Positions 13,179 through 26,438 of a stretch of DNA of 63,916 nucleotides are shown piece after piece (position 1 is the stretch's first letter; each line of letters opens with the position of its first letter). The translations under genes and the position numbers were made by a program. The notes beneath the pieces are model-generated. The model was given only the letters and a program-made list of their open reading frames with translations, did no database searches and was not told the origin of the DNA. Origin of the DNA: Paraspadella gotoi (lineage: Eukaryota > Animalia > Chaetognatha); the NCBI GenBank assembly GCA_051294375.1, contig CM119268.1:19058407-19122322 (forward strand). Reading direction: 5' to 3'.

Positions 13179-14214
13179 CCCCAGCAAGATGTCCGAGGAT
13201 CTCTCCAGCCCCGTGCTGGACTTTGATTTCCTCACCTCGGGACTCCTTAGTGATTCTTCCCTCGACGGCGCCGAAGTTTTTGACGACGCCACTGGCCACA
13301 CGACGCCGCCGCCGACCACGCCGGTCGAGGCCGAGTTTGGAGGCGCCGGAAGCGGTGGCTGCGGCGCGGGAAACGGCGGCTGCGGCGGCGCTGGCGCTCG
13401 CGATCTCACGCTGACGCAACTCAACAGCGACTCCGATTTTCTCGAGTTAATGCGGAGCCTACGAGGGGAAACGGCGTCGCGAATCTCGACGACCGTCAGC
13501 TCGTCGATAAAACCGGCGTCGTCTTCGCCAACGTCTCCTTCGTCGTCGTACGAGTCGTCGTCTTCGTTGTCGTCGTCGTCATCGTCGTCGTCGACTCTTT
13601 ACTCAGATCTCATATGCTCCTTGTTCGACGCGTCCGAGGAATCAACAACTGCTGCATCGACTTCTGCATCGACTCCTGCATCGATTTCTTCATCGGCTGC
13701 TGCATCGACTTCTGCAACGGCAGCTGCATCGACTGCTGCTTCGGCTTCTGCTACAGATGCTGCGGATGCGGCGGAGGCTGAGACAGCCTCCTCAAACATC
13801 GCCGCCATCTTTGGCGCGGAGGGTTGGTACATCAACGGACCCGACACAATCTTGTCGTCGTCAGATTCCTCCGCTGACGCCGCCATCGACACCGCTCACG
13901 ACGCCGCCAGTTCTCAAACAGACGTCGGCCCTTTATCGTCTGCTTCTTACGGCGTCGATTCAATCAATAAAAAGTCGTCGGAATCGTCGTCCTCATCGTC
14001 GTTACGTTCTGACTTTCGCGTCCCTAAAGGTCAAAAATCCTTTAGCGTCGCCTCTAGCGATTCATCATCGAGACTGTCATTGCCCTCGTCGTCGTCGTCG
14101 TCGTCGTCGTCATCGAAACTGACAATTTCGTCGTCGTTATGCTCCTCTCCCTCTTCTTCCTCGATTTCCACATCCGCTACAAGTTATTCGAATTCTGATC
14201 GCGAGACGAAATCA

Positions 14215-14246
<32 letters not shown>

Positions 14247-14586
14247 AACCCCGACGAATCCTTTCCTCAAACCGCAAACTGTGAAACGTAAACAACCTCA
14301 GCCCCGCTCCTCCTCCTCCTCCTTCTCCCCCTCCTCCTCTACGAGACACCCACTCCGCGCCACCCAAACCTACGCCAGTTTCCACAGTAAGACTCCATCG
14401 CCCTCGGTGAGTCGCGTCTCTTTCCAGGAGAGTCTCGAACTCCGGCTTGGCAAGAGCCCCTCCCTGCTCAAGGCCCTGCTCTGTGGGGACATCAAGCAGA
14501 GCGAGGGACACATCGTGGCCAACGATCCCGAGACGGGAGCGCGGCCCTGCGTGCATCACAGTCACGCCCACGGTTCGAGGAGCGGG

Positions 14587-14618
<32 letters not shown>

Positions 14619-14643
14619 CAAACATCACCAAACGGTGAGGTGA
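13179..14643 (+). CDS. Exon D (probably terminal) of the plus-strand gene; Ser-rich, LKALL motif, C-terminal poly-His
   Basis: Acceptor ttctccag| at 13178, phase 2 and in frame with the 484-aa ORF. Ends TGA TGA, then AT-rich DNA. A possible donor ACG|GTGAGG at 14634 cannot be excluded. Confidence 0.8.
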
Positions 14644-15445
14644 TGAGTTTAGTTTTTGTCCTCATACAAAAAAAAATATTCTCGATCCAAGTCATTTTTT
14701 TTCGATAATAATTTTTTTACATACTTACATAGTCGCGTAAATTTCATGATTTTAATAATTCTAGATATAATTTGGATTAAATTACGTTACGAGACGCGCG
14801 TAAAAATATATTTTGACAAATAACTACGAAAATTGTTTGCTTTTAGCTTTATGGCAGTACGTACGTATTTTTTTATGAATAATTTTTAAAAAAAATATTA
14901 CCATCATTAGTTACGGATTAAAACAACTAATAAACACGTGGTAAATGGTTCTAGAGTTTTAATTTACGAAATGACCTCAAACATCTTTAAGCAATATTTA
15001 CAGTTGCGTTAATTTTTTCACGGTTCTCTTTTTTTTTTGTTGACCGTCCAGCATTAGTAAATATAAAATTAGTTACAAAAATGTACATATATCATCGAAA
15101 GGTTTTAATCAATAATGATGATAAGTTAGGAAAAGTCAGTTTAACTATAATTCTACATCTGTAAGTGACAAGCAACCCCTGTACTACTAACCATTTTAAA
15201 CCAACTGTAGATTATTATATTTCCCAAGTTTTTCAACCGTCTGTCAGTATGTCCGTTGTCTGTAAACAACCACGTAAGCTAAAAACAAATGGTTAGGAAA
15301 TCGGTATTAAATTTTTTTCAATAATCTGTAGTTTAATAGATCCGTTCTCAATTTCGCGATATTAGCATAAATACATTTCAATATTGAACTTTTTAATGCA
15401 CACTGACATTGTGTAATTTTCTCTCTTTTCGTTGTTTTATGTAAA

Positions 15446-15634
15446 TAGCGGAGTTCGAATAACGAAAATTTTCATTAGTTTACAACGATTTTTATAGACA
15501 TTGAGTAACGGACATGTTTCGACTCTTACATTTTCGAATGATGAAGACTCGAAAATGTAAGAGTCGAAACATGTCCGTTACTCAATGTTTATATAAAACG
15601 TTGTATAAAAACTTTCGTTTTTCGAACTCCGCTA
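15446..15634. repeat. Long palindrome centred on a Penelope-type hammerhead-like motif
   Basis: Arms tagcggagttcgaa...cggacatgtttcgactcttacattttcga and tcgaaaatgtaagagtcgaaacatgtccg...ttcgaactccgcta. Confidence 0.9.
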
Positions 15635-17368
15635 ATATTCGCTGACGAAAATTTTTGGCTGTGTTACTTAAGCTATAAGAACCTCGGCGAGACAGTCTTC
15701 ATTTCTTTTTATTTTAAGTTTTGTTTAAAAGAAAACTACTATAATAACCAGGAAAAAGATATTAAAAAAATTGCATTCTTATCCTGGCATGAACCTCGCC
15801 TTATCGCTCTGTTATAGATTTTACGTTAATGCATTACTTGATTCGAAAATTGGTTTCTCTTCAAATATGAAAAAAATTTATTAATATCAATAACGAGCTC
15901 CTCTTGTATGTTTCTTTTAATAAAAAGCAATTACGAGAGAAACATAATAAAAATTTGTTTTATAAAAAAACAATGCACTGTCACACTGCTTCGTCAATCA
16001 TCACCCGAATCTAATATTACATGGTTTTTATTTTCATTACTTTTTTGCAGTGACTATCTAGAGGGTAGTTTAAATAGTATACTGTCTTAGTTTTCTTTTT
16101 ATTTATGGATTTGAAATATTACTACGAAGTAGACCAACAAACTATCTCCTTTTATTATTTTGACAATGTGATACGGATATGATCGTACATACGTATTTAG
16201 CAAGGAAAAGGGGAAAATTAGGGGAAAAGAAGTATGAAAATTTTGGGAGGAATAAGAGATACAATATGATGCTTACCAGTTTTTTATTTTTGTTTTATTA
16301 CTAAATGCTTTCTGATTCTATAGAACTTTTCGTAAAGACAATCAATTTAACTCCTTGTCTTCCCATGCAATTTTCCTTAGTCGAGGTAGTAATTTTCAAT
16401 TCGTAATTTATAAGTTTGTGCAAGACTTTTAAACTAGAATGCAGTCAGCTAACTTCGACTAGTTTTCCAGTTCTCTTAAAATGAAAAATAATATTATGAA
16501 AAAAAACGTAACACTTCAGAATAGAGTCTATGAAATAAAGATGCTGAAATCCAAAGATTGCATTATGGCTTCTATTTAATTTTCAACTTAAATTCAAAGT
16601 AAAAATCTTTTTTTCGTTTTAAGGAGAAAAATATTGTTTTGCACAACGAAATACTATATTCAATTTTTATAAACATGTTTCTGATGGGTATTTTATTCCT
16701 TATTACTACTGATGATGAATGAAATGCCCATTAAAAAACAATATTAATATGTTAGGTAAAACAATATAAAATATTTAATTTATTTTTAATTTATCTCAAT
16801 ACCATCAAATACAATTTTTTACAGTTTTTTGCGGCTAAAGCTCTGTGTTTATAAGAATTATACAAAGTTGATTAATAGCAGGGATTTTAAGTATCAATTG
16901 TTTTCGCAAGGTGATATGAAAAACATTTTTAGACAAAAGTATATAATTGTAGTGATCTTCACCCTGACCCTCACTTTTATTTAAAATTGGCATTCAAAAA
17001 AGGTTTTTATGAATAAATCTTTTTATTAAACAACAATACTTCCTAAACACAGAAACAAAGTGACGTACATATCGTCATATCTTTATAAGTCTTCATTGAC
17101 AAATTTTATCCATTTCATTAATTTTAAAATATGAAAAAGGAACTGTTAACAAATTTCCGCTTACTTATGTTCTTTATCCCATTTTTTTAGATTAATTTCT
17201 ATAAATCATAATGAGTATGATTCATGCATTATTCTGTGTAAAAGTCACTGCTGTCTGTGATTACGCTAATCCAAACTAAAAACATCGCATGGAAAGAACC
17301 CGTATTTTAAAGATACTTCGTATTACATTTTGTCACTAAACCGCAAAGTCTCTCCTCCTAATCAAAGG

Positions 17369-17406
<38 letters not shown>

Positions 17407-19442
17407 CTCTTTTATCTGTGATTCTTACAATTGAGGCGGAAATAATATTTTTCGCCAAATGATAAACCCAAGTTCACGATCCTAATTCAGTCATCACCTG
17501 GTAACGATTTTCAGATTCGTTTAACTTTTCTTCGCCGAATATTTTTTTAAAAAGAATAATAACAATGGATAATCCTATTTTAATTTTAATATTAGGATAT
17601 TCCTCTTCGTGAATGAACAGTAGTGACGGGAAATGTCACAATAATTACAATTTGTCCGAATTATTTTTAATAAATTATAGCTTTTTCAAGTTAACATTAA
17701 ATGAATATATACAAATTATACAAATGTTTAATTATCTGCAGTGCTCATTATCCGTTTTTTATAACAATAGTAGTTATGAAAAAGAGAGGCAAAAAGGAAT
17801 TAAAAAGTTAAATCGCTAAATAATAATTAAATCACAATAAGCCTCTGTATGTAATTGACTAAACAATCGAATTCAAATTTTAATCTGTGTGGAATAATAA
17901 ACGTGAAATTAAAATGTCGTAAAACTAATAATGTGATTTATGTTAACTCGTAATACTCGCGTAAAAATTGGACGACGATGGATCTTAGGATTAAAATATA
18001 ATTTTTTTTAATAAAGATTCTTTTTCCCCAGAATTTAGAAACTAACTATAATCCTGGCACACCCTGAATCATACACTTTGCTATCCATAATGATATCGAT
18101 CGAAAATAGCAAGAATAAATTTAATCCCGAGTTTTTTATATATATCAAATATTTTCTCTAGGAGATTATTGTAATTTTTCACAAATTTGTCACTCCGTAA
18201 ATTACATTCAACAGTCACTTGTACCTTATTGGGTGATAATATACCCAATATTATTATTTTTTCTAGAATTGTGTTTGGTTAATTTTTTCTTCAATGTGTA
18301 TTGTTGGTTACAATATAATTGCTGATAAATTTTACCCGATGCTTTTTTTTATTTAGCTAATCTTTGCTTAGTTTTCGGAAGAGGCGCTCGAGTAGAAAAA
18401 ACTTATGTCTTTTGTTTTACGTGTAATATTTTTAGACTTTTTCATATTTTTTATGAGTGCTTCAGATCGAAATCAAAGATTAAAAAATTCCGGTAAAAAG
18501 TGAAGTAATTTTTGATGAGACTAACGCTAGTCTTTGCCTCTAAAGTTCCCACTCCTCACTTACCTTTTTCGATTAAGATAACTGGTTGTGAGGCAGAATA
18601 GAGATACAAATTCCAGTTACTTTGAAAGAATTGAAGGCGTATTCATAATTTCTTATGAGTTTTATTAACTATGTTAACTTTGAAAAGTCCAGCCTTTCTA
18701 AGGCGATAGTTATCTTATCTCATACTCCCAAGCCTAAAAGCTGCGAGAACGATCAAGGTCCAAGAATCTATCTTCAAACTAAAAAATTCGAAATTGACTA
18801 AATAATGAGGGTCGGAAATAAAAAAAAAGACAATTCGGTGAATCATTACTGTTTTATACAAGAGAAAAACATGAAGTTATAACCATTGCTTTGACAGTCG
18901 TCGTAACATGAAACCGGTACATATGTACAGCTGCAAAGATTTGATCGTTTTAGTGGTGTACACCGATACAATGGAGAAAAAAATACTTTCCCTTGAAATT
19001 TAATAATAATTACGATTTATAATTTTTTTTTATATGCCCTTTTTCAATGCGAGAAAGAGAACTACGCCACGATTATAATAGTATATGTCTAATATCACCT
19101 TGAAAAAGTTAATTTGGCGAGATAAAAATATGGTGCCTTGCCAGAAAATTGATTTTTTAAACTTTATTGTTGTTGTTATTTTATATTTATTACACTGTCA
19201 AATCGGAAGAAAAGTATAGGCGAGTACTACTTCGGGTTTTCGTAAAAAGAAAAGGGGTTAGAGAGATAATAATAACTTGGAACCAAAATTTAAGGAATAA
19301 TAAAACAAAAAATGAAAAAAAAAGTAAATTGCGCAAATGAAAAGGTAAAGAACGCCGATAGGGTCATTAAATACGTATAATCGTAAAAAGTTTCGGTTTT
19401 GTTTTGTAATAGTTTCGTAAAAAATATCAGAGAGAAAGAGGA

Positions 19443-19502
<60 letters not shown>

Positions 19503-20710
19503 GGAACTCTTTGTGACTAAATATTGCCGGTAACTATCACTTAGATCAGGGTCCAAAGAAAAATTCAGCTTTGAAAGAAACAAAGTAACAACGAAGCTTC
19601 CTGGTAAGCCGTGATCGGACGAAAATAGAGAGAGATAGAGAGAGAGATAAAAAGAGCGAGGGAGAGAGAGAGAGAGAAAAAGGACATAGCCGTTTTCTTT
19701 TTTTCTTTAAAACCTTGAGAAATTTGGTTTTTATTCTAAACGAAAAAGAAAGGAAAAGAAATAGACTAAATACGGTCTTAGCTGCATTACTTGTCTTTAT
19801 GGGCATGCGCATGCTGATTGGAGCTATGGAACGTGGTACAATGGTTTTTTTTGTTTTTGTTTTTCTGTAGCCATGCCCGTGCTAGGAATTTCTTTTCAGA
19901 ATTAAACAAAACTAAAAAAATATTTTTATAAAAAATGTCTAAGTATGTAATTCATAATAATCGTGCGGGACTGATTTCTATCGCATAAAATATTTTTTTC
20001 TGACAAAAAAATTGGCCTATAAATTTTTTTAAAACATATGTAAAAGCTGTCTCACTTAGCTTTAAAATGTCAGAACATTTTGTTTAAAATTTCAGTTAAT
20101 TTTCTCAGTTATACCTTTAATATAGCAACAAAAAAACTATGTTGGTTATGTCAATAAAAAACAAAAGGTAAATACGGCAATACGGCATTTTGATTTTACT
20201 TTTCCATTTACATTTTTCAAATTCATACTATTATAAACCTTTTGATGCGGGAAAAAAGAAATGATATTATTCTTAAGCTCTGATAAGAAGCCACTCAGTC
20301 GGTTCAACCTTGGCGGTCCCACATTTTTCTCTTTTTTTTCTGTTCATGAAAATTTACATTTCCTCACTTGTTTTGATATAATTTTTTTTAAATTCTGATC
20401 GGATAAAAAAAATTTACGTTGAACGCGGGACAAATAGGAAACGGATCTGGAAGGGAGAAAGGGAGAAAGGGAGAAAGGGAGAAAGAGATCGAAAGAGGGA
20501 GAGAGAATTTCGCTTCCCTGTTAATAATCGAGAAGCGTAGAAAAAGTACGATTTACATTAACTTGATTGAGATAAATCTTACATTGACATATATAACATC
20601 CAAACACTGATTACTTGAAGCAGTTAGCGCGAAAAAAATTGAAAACAGGGCTACCAGAGGAAGAGGGGTGGTGAAAAAGAATGGGTAGGGTAGGGAAGGG
20701 AGGTAGGGAG

Positions 20711-20766
<56 letters not shown>

Positions 20767-20959
20767 TTTAGGGAAAAATGTAAAGAAAGGAAAGGGGACT
20801 TAGAAATGAAAAAACGGTGGCGAATGCGTTCGTAACCCATTAAATTCGGTAAGCACGTTAAGAAAAAAAATATTTTTTGTAACATTAAAAGGGAAAAAAA
20901 TATTTTTTTGGGGAGGGGTCTTCGAGTCTTCGTCGTCGTTGTTGTTGTTGTAGACGGGA

Positions 20960-21120
20960 AACGGAATCGGCGCCTAAGACGTCAGCGAACCACGAATTGG
21001 CGAGCGACGCTTTGGACGCGCGTCACAAGCGTCACCCGACGACCGCGACGTCGCTTTGACGTCACGTCACGGATATTGGCGCCGGGCGTGGACAGCAGTG
21101 GAGGAGGGAGACGGGAAGCA
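20960..21120. promoter_or_regulatory. CpG-rich regulatory island with full CRE
   Basis: TGACGTCA at 21057-21064 plus several CGTCA half-sites, flanked by (GA)n. No credible ORF. Confidence 0.35.
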
Positions 21121-21125
21121 TGCTC

Positions 21126-21219
<94 letters not shown>

Positions 21220-21726
21220 AGAGAGAGAGAGAGAGAGAGAGAACCATTATCACAAATAATAGAAAAAAGGGGGAAACGATGAAAGTTGACCAAAATTTGC
21301 TTTAAAAATGACAAATATATTTGTGGTAACGAGCGACATGTATTAATTACTAATAAGCTGATACTTCGATGCAACCAGTTTATCGTTATAAATCAAAGTC
21401 TTTCCTTTTAAATTTTATATTTTGTTCGATATAATAATTTCGTTGAAGAGTTGCGATGTAGGAGAAAAGTGGCAGAATATCTGCCGTTACCATCGGTAAA
21501 GTTCTTACCTACGATTAATAGCAGAACATTTCTACGGTTAAGCCAAGTTTTAAAAGACAAAAATTAAAAAGTTGGGGTAATTTTTTTACACCAGTGGGTA
21601 TTTTTTTGTAATAAGCTCGATCGAAAGAAGACAGGGAGGGGGAAAAGCATTCAGACGAGAAAGAGGGAGAAAAGGGAGGGGATGTAGGTGGAGGGGAAGA
21701 GAGAGAAGAGGAGAGAGAGAAGAGAG

Positions 21727-21786
<60 letters not shown>

Positions 21787-22459
21787 AAAAGTCCTTTGGA
21801 TTTAGAGGAATCGAATTCAAGTGAGATAATAAGAGAGCTCTCCACGTTCTGGTCGCGCTTGTTCCGTCGTAACCATAGTAACCATAGTTAACAAAATGGC
21901 TGCAGGACGCAATCGCCTCGCAGTCGAGCTAAACAGTCTGGTGATGGTGACGGGAGATGGGGTGGACTTTCAACACCCGCCAAAAAAATGAAAAACTAAA
22001 AATTGAATTAAAAATATCCACGGCTTTTGTTTGTTTATATTTATTAAAATTGAACTCAATTGGGAGAGGGACCGAGAGAGGGAAGAACGCATTCGATTTG
22101 TGTATTCATCTACGAAGAAAGAGACGCAAAAAAATGATTGTAAAACCTAAGGGGAAAGGCCAATTATTAGCTGGCATTTCTCCTTAAATATCTCCATTGG
22201 GTATAGACATTTATCTTAATCGTTGAGTATCACTTGGCCAACTTATCAGTACATTTAGTACATTTTTGCTTTTGCTTTGTCTCGTTGGACAGAGATTTCG
22301 GTCAAAAAGGGAGAGAAAAAAGGAGGCAAATCTCTCGTCAAAAACTCGAGAGATTGTTTTCTTTTTTTTTTCTTCTTTTTTAAGAAACAAATCTTTCCTT
22401 TGGGGATCGAACGGCCCCAGTTTTTATCTTTAAAATAATGTCTTTTTTCTTTTTGTCTA

Positions 22460-22638
22460 TTTCAATAATTGGCTCGTTCAATTTGATAAAAAAATGGCGG
22501 GCGGGCAGTGGAACAAAATGGCGGCGCTCCAGTCAAATGGGCGGGCAAGAAAGAAAAACAAAAGACGGTCGCACCGCGAATTGAATTTGGGAGCGCCGAA
22601 CTATTCTCGCTGCCCTCTGCCGGCGCCAAAATTAGAAC

Positions 22639-22675
<37 letters not shown>

Positions 22676-22720
22676 CGGAGCCTGTTTTGAACAATTTTTC
22701 TGTGGGAGCGTCGCGAAATT
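22460..22720 (+). promoter_or_regulatory. Promoter-like CpG island with tandem YY1-type motifs
   Basis: AAAATGGCGG at 22491 and AAAATGGCGGCG at 22515, ATTGG at 22468, then (GA)n. Confidence 0.35.
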
Positions 22721-24424
22721 TCCTTGATTCTCTTCGATCTTTTGTTTGTTAGTGTTTGTATTATGTTGTTCGTTTGTTTGTCGTCGTTGGGCGACTGGCA
22801 GCTCCGTTTCGCGTCAATTTATGGTATTAATCGCTTACATTGAAGACCCCATCAAAATAATGGATTGTAGTCGTTGTCATGTTATGTACAGTAATCTGGA
22901 CCACCTCAAATGTTTGTTGTACCTTTTATTTTGCAACGCAAGAATTTTAAAGAAGTTACGGTTAATTTGGAATCAAGAATAGATTTAAATTACGCTGATA
23001 AAATACTTTATCGGTTTTTAATCATTACTTTGTGCGTTCTACCGATTTTACTTGGTTACTACAAAAATTTTGAAATAAAAATGTTTTGCACAACATTTGA
23101 ATGATAAAGATTTTCAAATAATTAAATTAGTGTTTTTGTCTTCTTATGTGGCGAAAGAGGATAGATTGGGAGGGTGAGGGGCGGGGAAGGGGAAGGAAGG
23201 GATGGGCGGGGCGGGGAAGGGGAAGGGAGGAGAGGGGGGGAGGGGCGTGAGAAGGAAGAATTTATTTAATTCATCCAAATCATAAACGCTTCTCCCGAAA
23301 AATTAAGAATGGAAAAGAAAGAATAGAATATAGAAGATGATAATATTTCAGCCGATGGAACGAAAAAAAAACAAACAAACAAACAAAAAACAAAGAAAAA
23401 CAACCTAAATAGAAAAAAACAATGATGGAGAACGAGCCGAAAAATAATGAAAGAGATCGCAACGAAATTGGGTTTGCCCAGTTGGCGGCGCCCACACCTC
23501 ACGAGACGGTGTGTGATGTACAATATAAATGAATGAGAATATCCCATTGAAAACATCAGCGAACAAATGTTTAAACGAAGAAACAAACAAACTAAAATAA
23601 TTTTTAAAAAATGTTTAAATGTTCATCGGTGTGTTAACCACAGTTTCGTTCAAACTTGGAAAAAAAAATTGAATGGATATTTTTTTTAACTTTTTTTTTT
23701 TGAGCGAATATTTTAACAAGGATTAAAACAGTTCATGTTGGTATAAGTTCGTTCTTTAATTAACGGGATGATATTATTTTTTTATGTTTTTATGTTTGTT
23801 TTTTTTTTTTTTTTTTTTTGAGATGCCGAATATAAAAAAATAAAGTTTCGGCAGAGCTCGACTGTGCAAAGTAAAACACGTAGAAACATTGACACATCTA
23901 GGAGAAAAAAAGACCGGATCGCTTTGAATCTTTGAAGTAAAATAGCGAACCGGGAATCCAATCAGGGGAGAAAAAGTACGGGCGAGTTCCAAAAGATGTT
24001 TAATAAACATCTAAATTTTTATATATCTAAATGTTGACATAAAAATTAAATAAAGTAAAAAAAATATTTCAATTTCTCGATTAGCAAGAACTCGCCTATG
24101 TATAATTCGCGTTGTATATTTTCATCGTGATAAAAGTTTTTAAAAAAAAACCGCGATTCTTTCAATTTTTTTACTCAGAATGTCAAAGAGGGCGCTGACC
24201 TTGATTAAAGTAAAAAAAAAGAACAACGTAAACCGGATGGGAGGAAGGAGGGAATGAGAAAAGTGTGAAAGTTGAGGTAATAAGGAGAGAAAGAAGTAAA
24301 ATAAAATAATAAGAATATATATAAGAACAAAAAAAGTTATACATATTATAGGCATAATAACCAAACAAAAAGAAATGGAAGGTGTGAGAGAAAAAAATGT
24401 AAGAGTTGTTGGAGGAAAAAGGAA

Positions 24425-24612
24425 AAGGAGAAAGGAAAAGAAGAAAGGAATAAAATGAAGGAAAAGGAGGAAAGAAAAGTAGAAAGGAATAAAATGAAGG
24501 AAAAGGAGGAAAAAAAAGAAGAAAGGAATAAAATGAAGGAAAAGGAGGAAAGAAAAGAAGAAAGGAATAAAATGAAGGAAAAGGAGGAAAGAAAAGAAGA
24601 AAGGAATAAAAT
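24425..24612. repeat. 39-bp purine-rich tandem repeat (~4.5 copies)
   Basis: Unit aaagaagaaaggaataaaatgaaggaaaaggaggaaaga. Confidence 0.9.
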
Positions 24613-25462
24613 AGCGGAAACGAAGGAGAACTCTTGATATTGCATAAAAAGAATCGTTCGGTTCCAGAAACGAGGGAACGAGGTTTAGGCTTTCGCAAGT
24701 TTGAGAATCACTGATCAAAATTTCATTTTGTGATGTTGTTGTTACTGATGTTCTTATAGTTGTTGTTTTGGTTGTTGTTGATGTATTTGTTGTTTTTGAA
24801 GTTGATGATATTGTTGTTGATACTGTTATTGATGATGCTTGGATTGTTGTATTCGTTGTTGTTTTTAATGTTGTCTCTGTTGTTGCTGTTGTTGTTATTG
24901 TTGTTTTAGTTCTTGAGGTTTTTTGTGTTGTTGTTGTTGTTGTTGTTGTTGATTTGTTGTGCGTGCCGAGGAAATTTTCTTCTTGTTAACTCAAATTTTG
25001 ATCGGATCGTAACACGTTTTTTCTTCGTGAACGATTCTAGTCAACGGAAATTTATAAGTAGAATGAAGAATTTGCTTTGTTGTTTAAAGTCGGAATATTT
25101 CGACTTTCCTGTCGTCTGGACACCAACACACCATGACCCAAAATATAAATTAGAAAAAGAAAAAGTCACAAAGAAAGTACATGTATTTTTTTTACTGAGA
25201 AAAAGAACCAAAAAAAATCGTGAATATAACTACGTCAAGTTTGAAATCGTCGTCTAAGTATTAAATAGAGACAAGCACCTTTTTTAAAAGTTATTAGTTT
25301 TTGCTAAGTTTATTACCATCGGTTGAAATATTAAAAAAAAATGCGATGATAAAAAAAATAGCACATACGGCGTTGACATGCAAATAGATAGATAAAAGAG
25401 AAAGGGCATAGATATGTTAGAAGAAAGTAGATGAAGAAAGAAAAAAGAAGAGAAAACGAGAG

Positions 25463-25629
<167 letters not shown>

Positions 25630-26438
25630 GAGAGAGAGAAAGAGAGAGAGAGAAGAGGAGGCTAGAAGAAACAAAGGGTCCACGAAAAAAATATAAACTA
25701 TATTATGCTACATACATTTTACCAAAAACAAAAACCAAAAAATATTAACCTTATAAAAGTAATTACATAAAAAAGTTATAAAGTGAGAGATAGCGTTTGC
25801 CAAAAAAAATTGGATGGCGTAGACTGTTTTATTCGTTTATATAAAAAAATGTTGTAATGGCATTCGGTAATTGTTTTTTAGTTGTTTTTTTTTCACAACA
25901 TGGTCACCAATCCGACACAATCTTATACTGTCATACTGTCATACTGTCATACTGTTAACGCCGTTGTCGGTGTTTTTGTTTCTCGGCAGAAATTTGACGT
26001 CTTTTTTTGCGGAGAATTCGTGGCGGGAGAAGAGATATTCTTTAGTCCAAAAGAAAAAAATGAAATCAATTTACGGTTTATGGTTTGAATTAAAACGTAA
26101 TCTTCAAGAATATCCTTTTTAAATAAGTAAGATCAGTGAAACAAAAAAAATATGAGGGACGTGGTGCGAGGGATATCTATCACAGCGAGAGTAATAATAA
26201 GTAAAAAGTTAAACCCATCAAACCATTTGACCTTACTTGATATTTCGAATTTTCGAATACTTCGAATTTTTTAGACAATAAATGTAAGAGCGGACCCCTG
26301 TCGTTTTGTTTTTTTTTTGTATAGAAAAAGCCAAAGGTTCTATTTAAACAAACGAAATAACGTTGATTCCGTCTCTGACTTTGGGACGCAACAAAAAAAA
26401 TAAATAAATAAAAAAAAGAAAGAAAAAGAAAATAGCGC

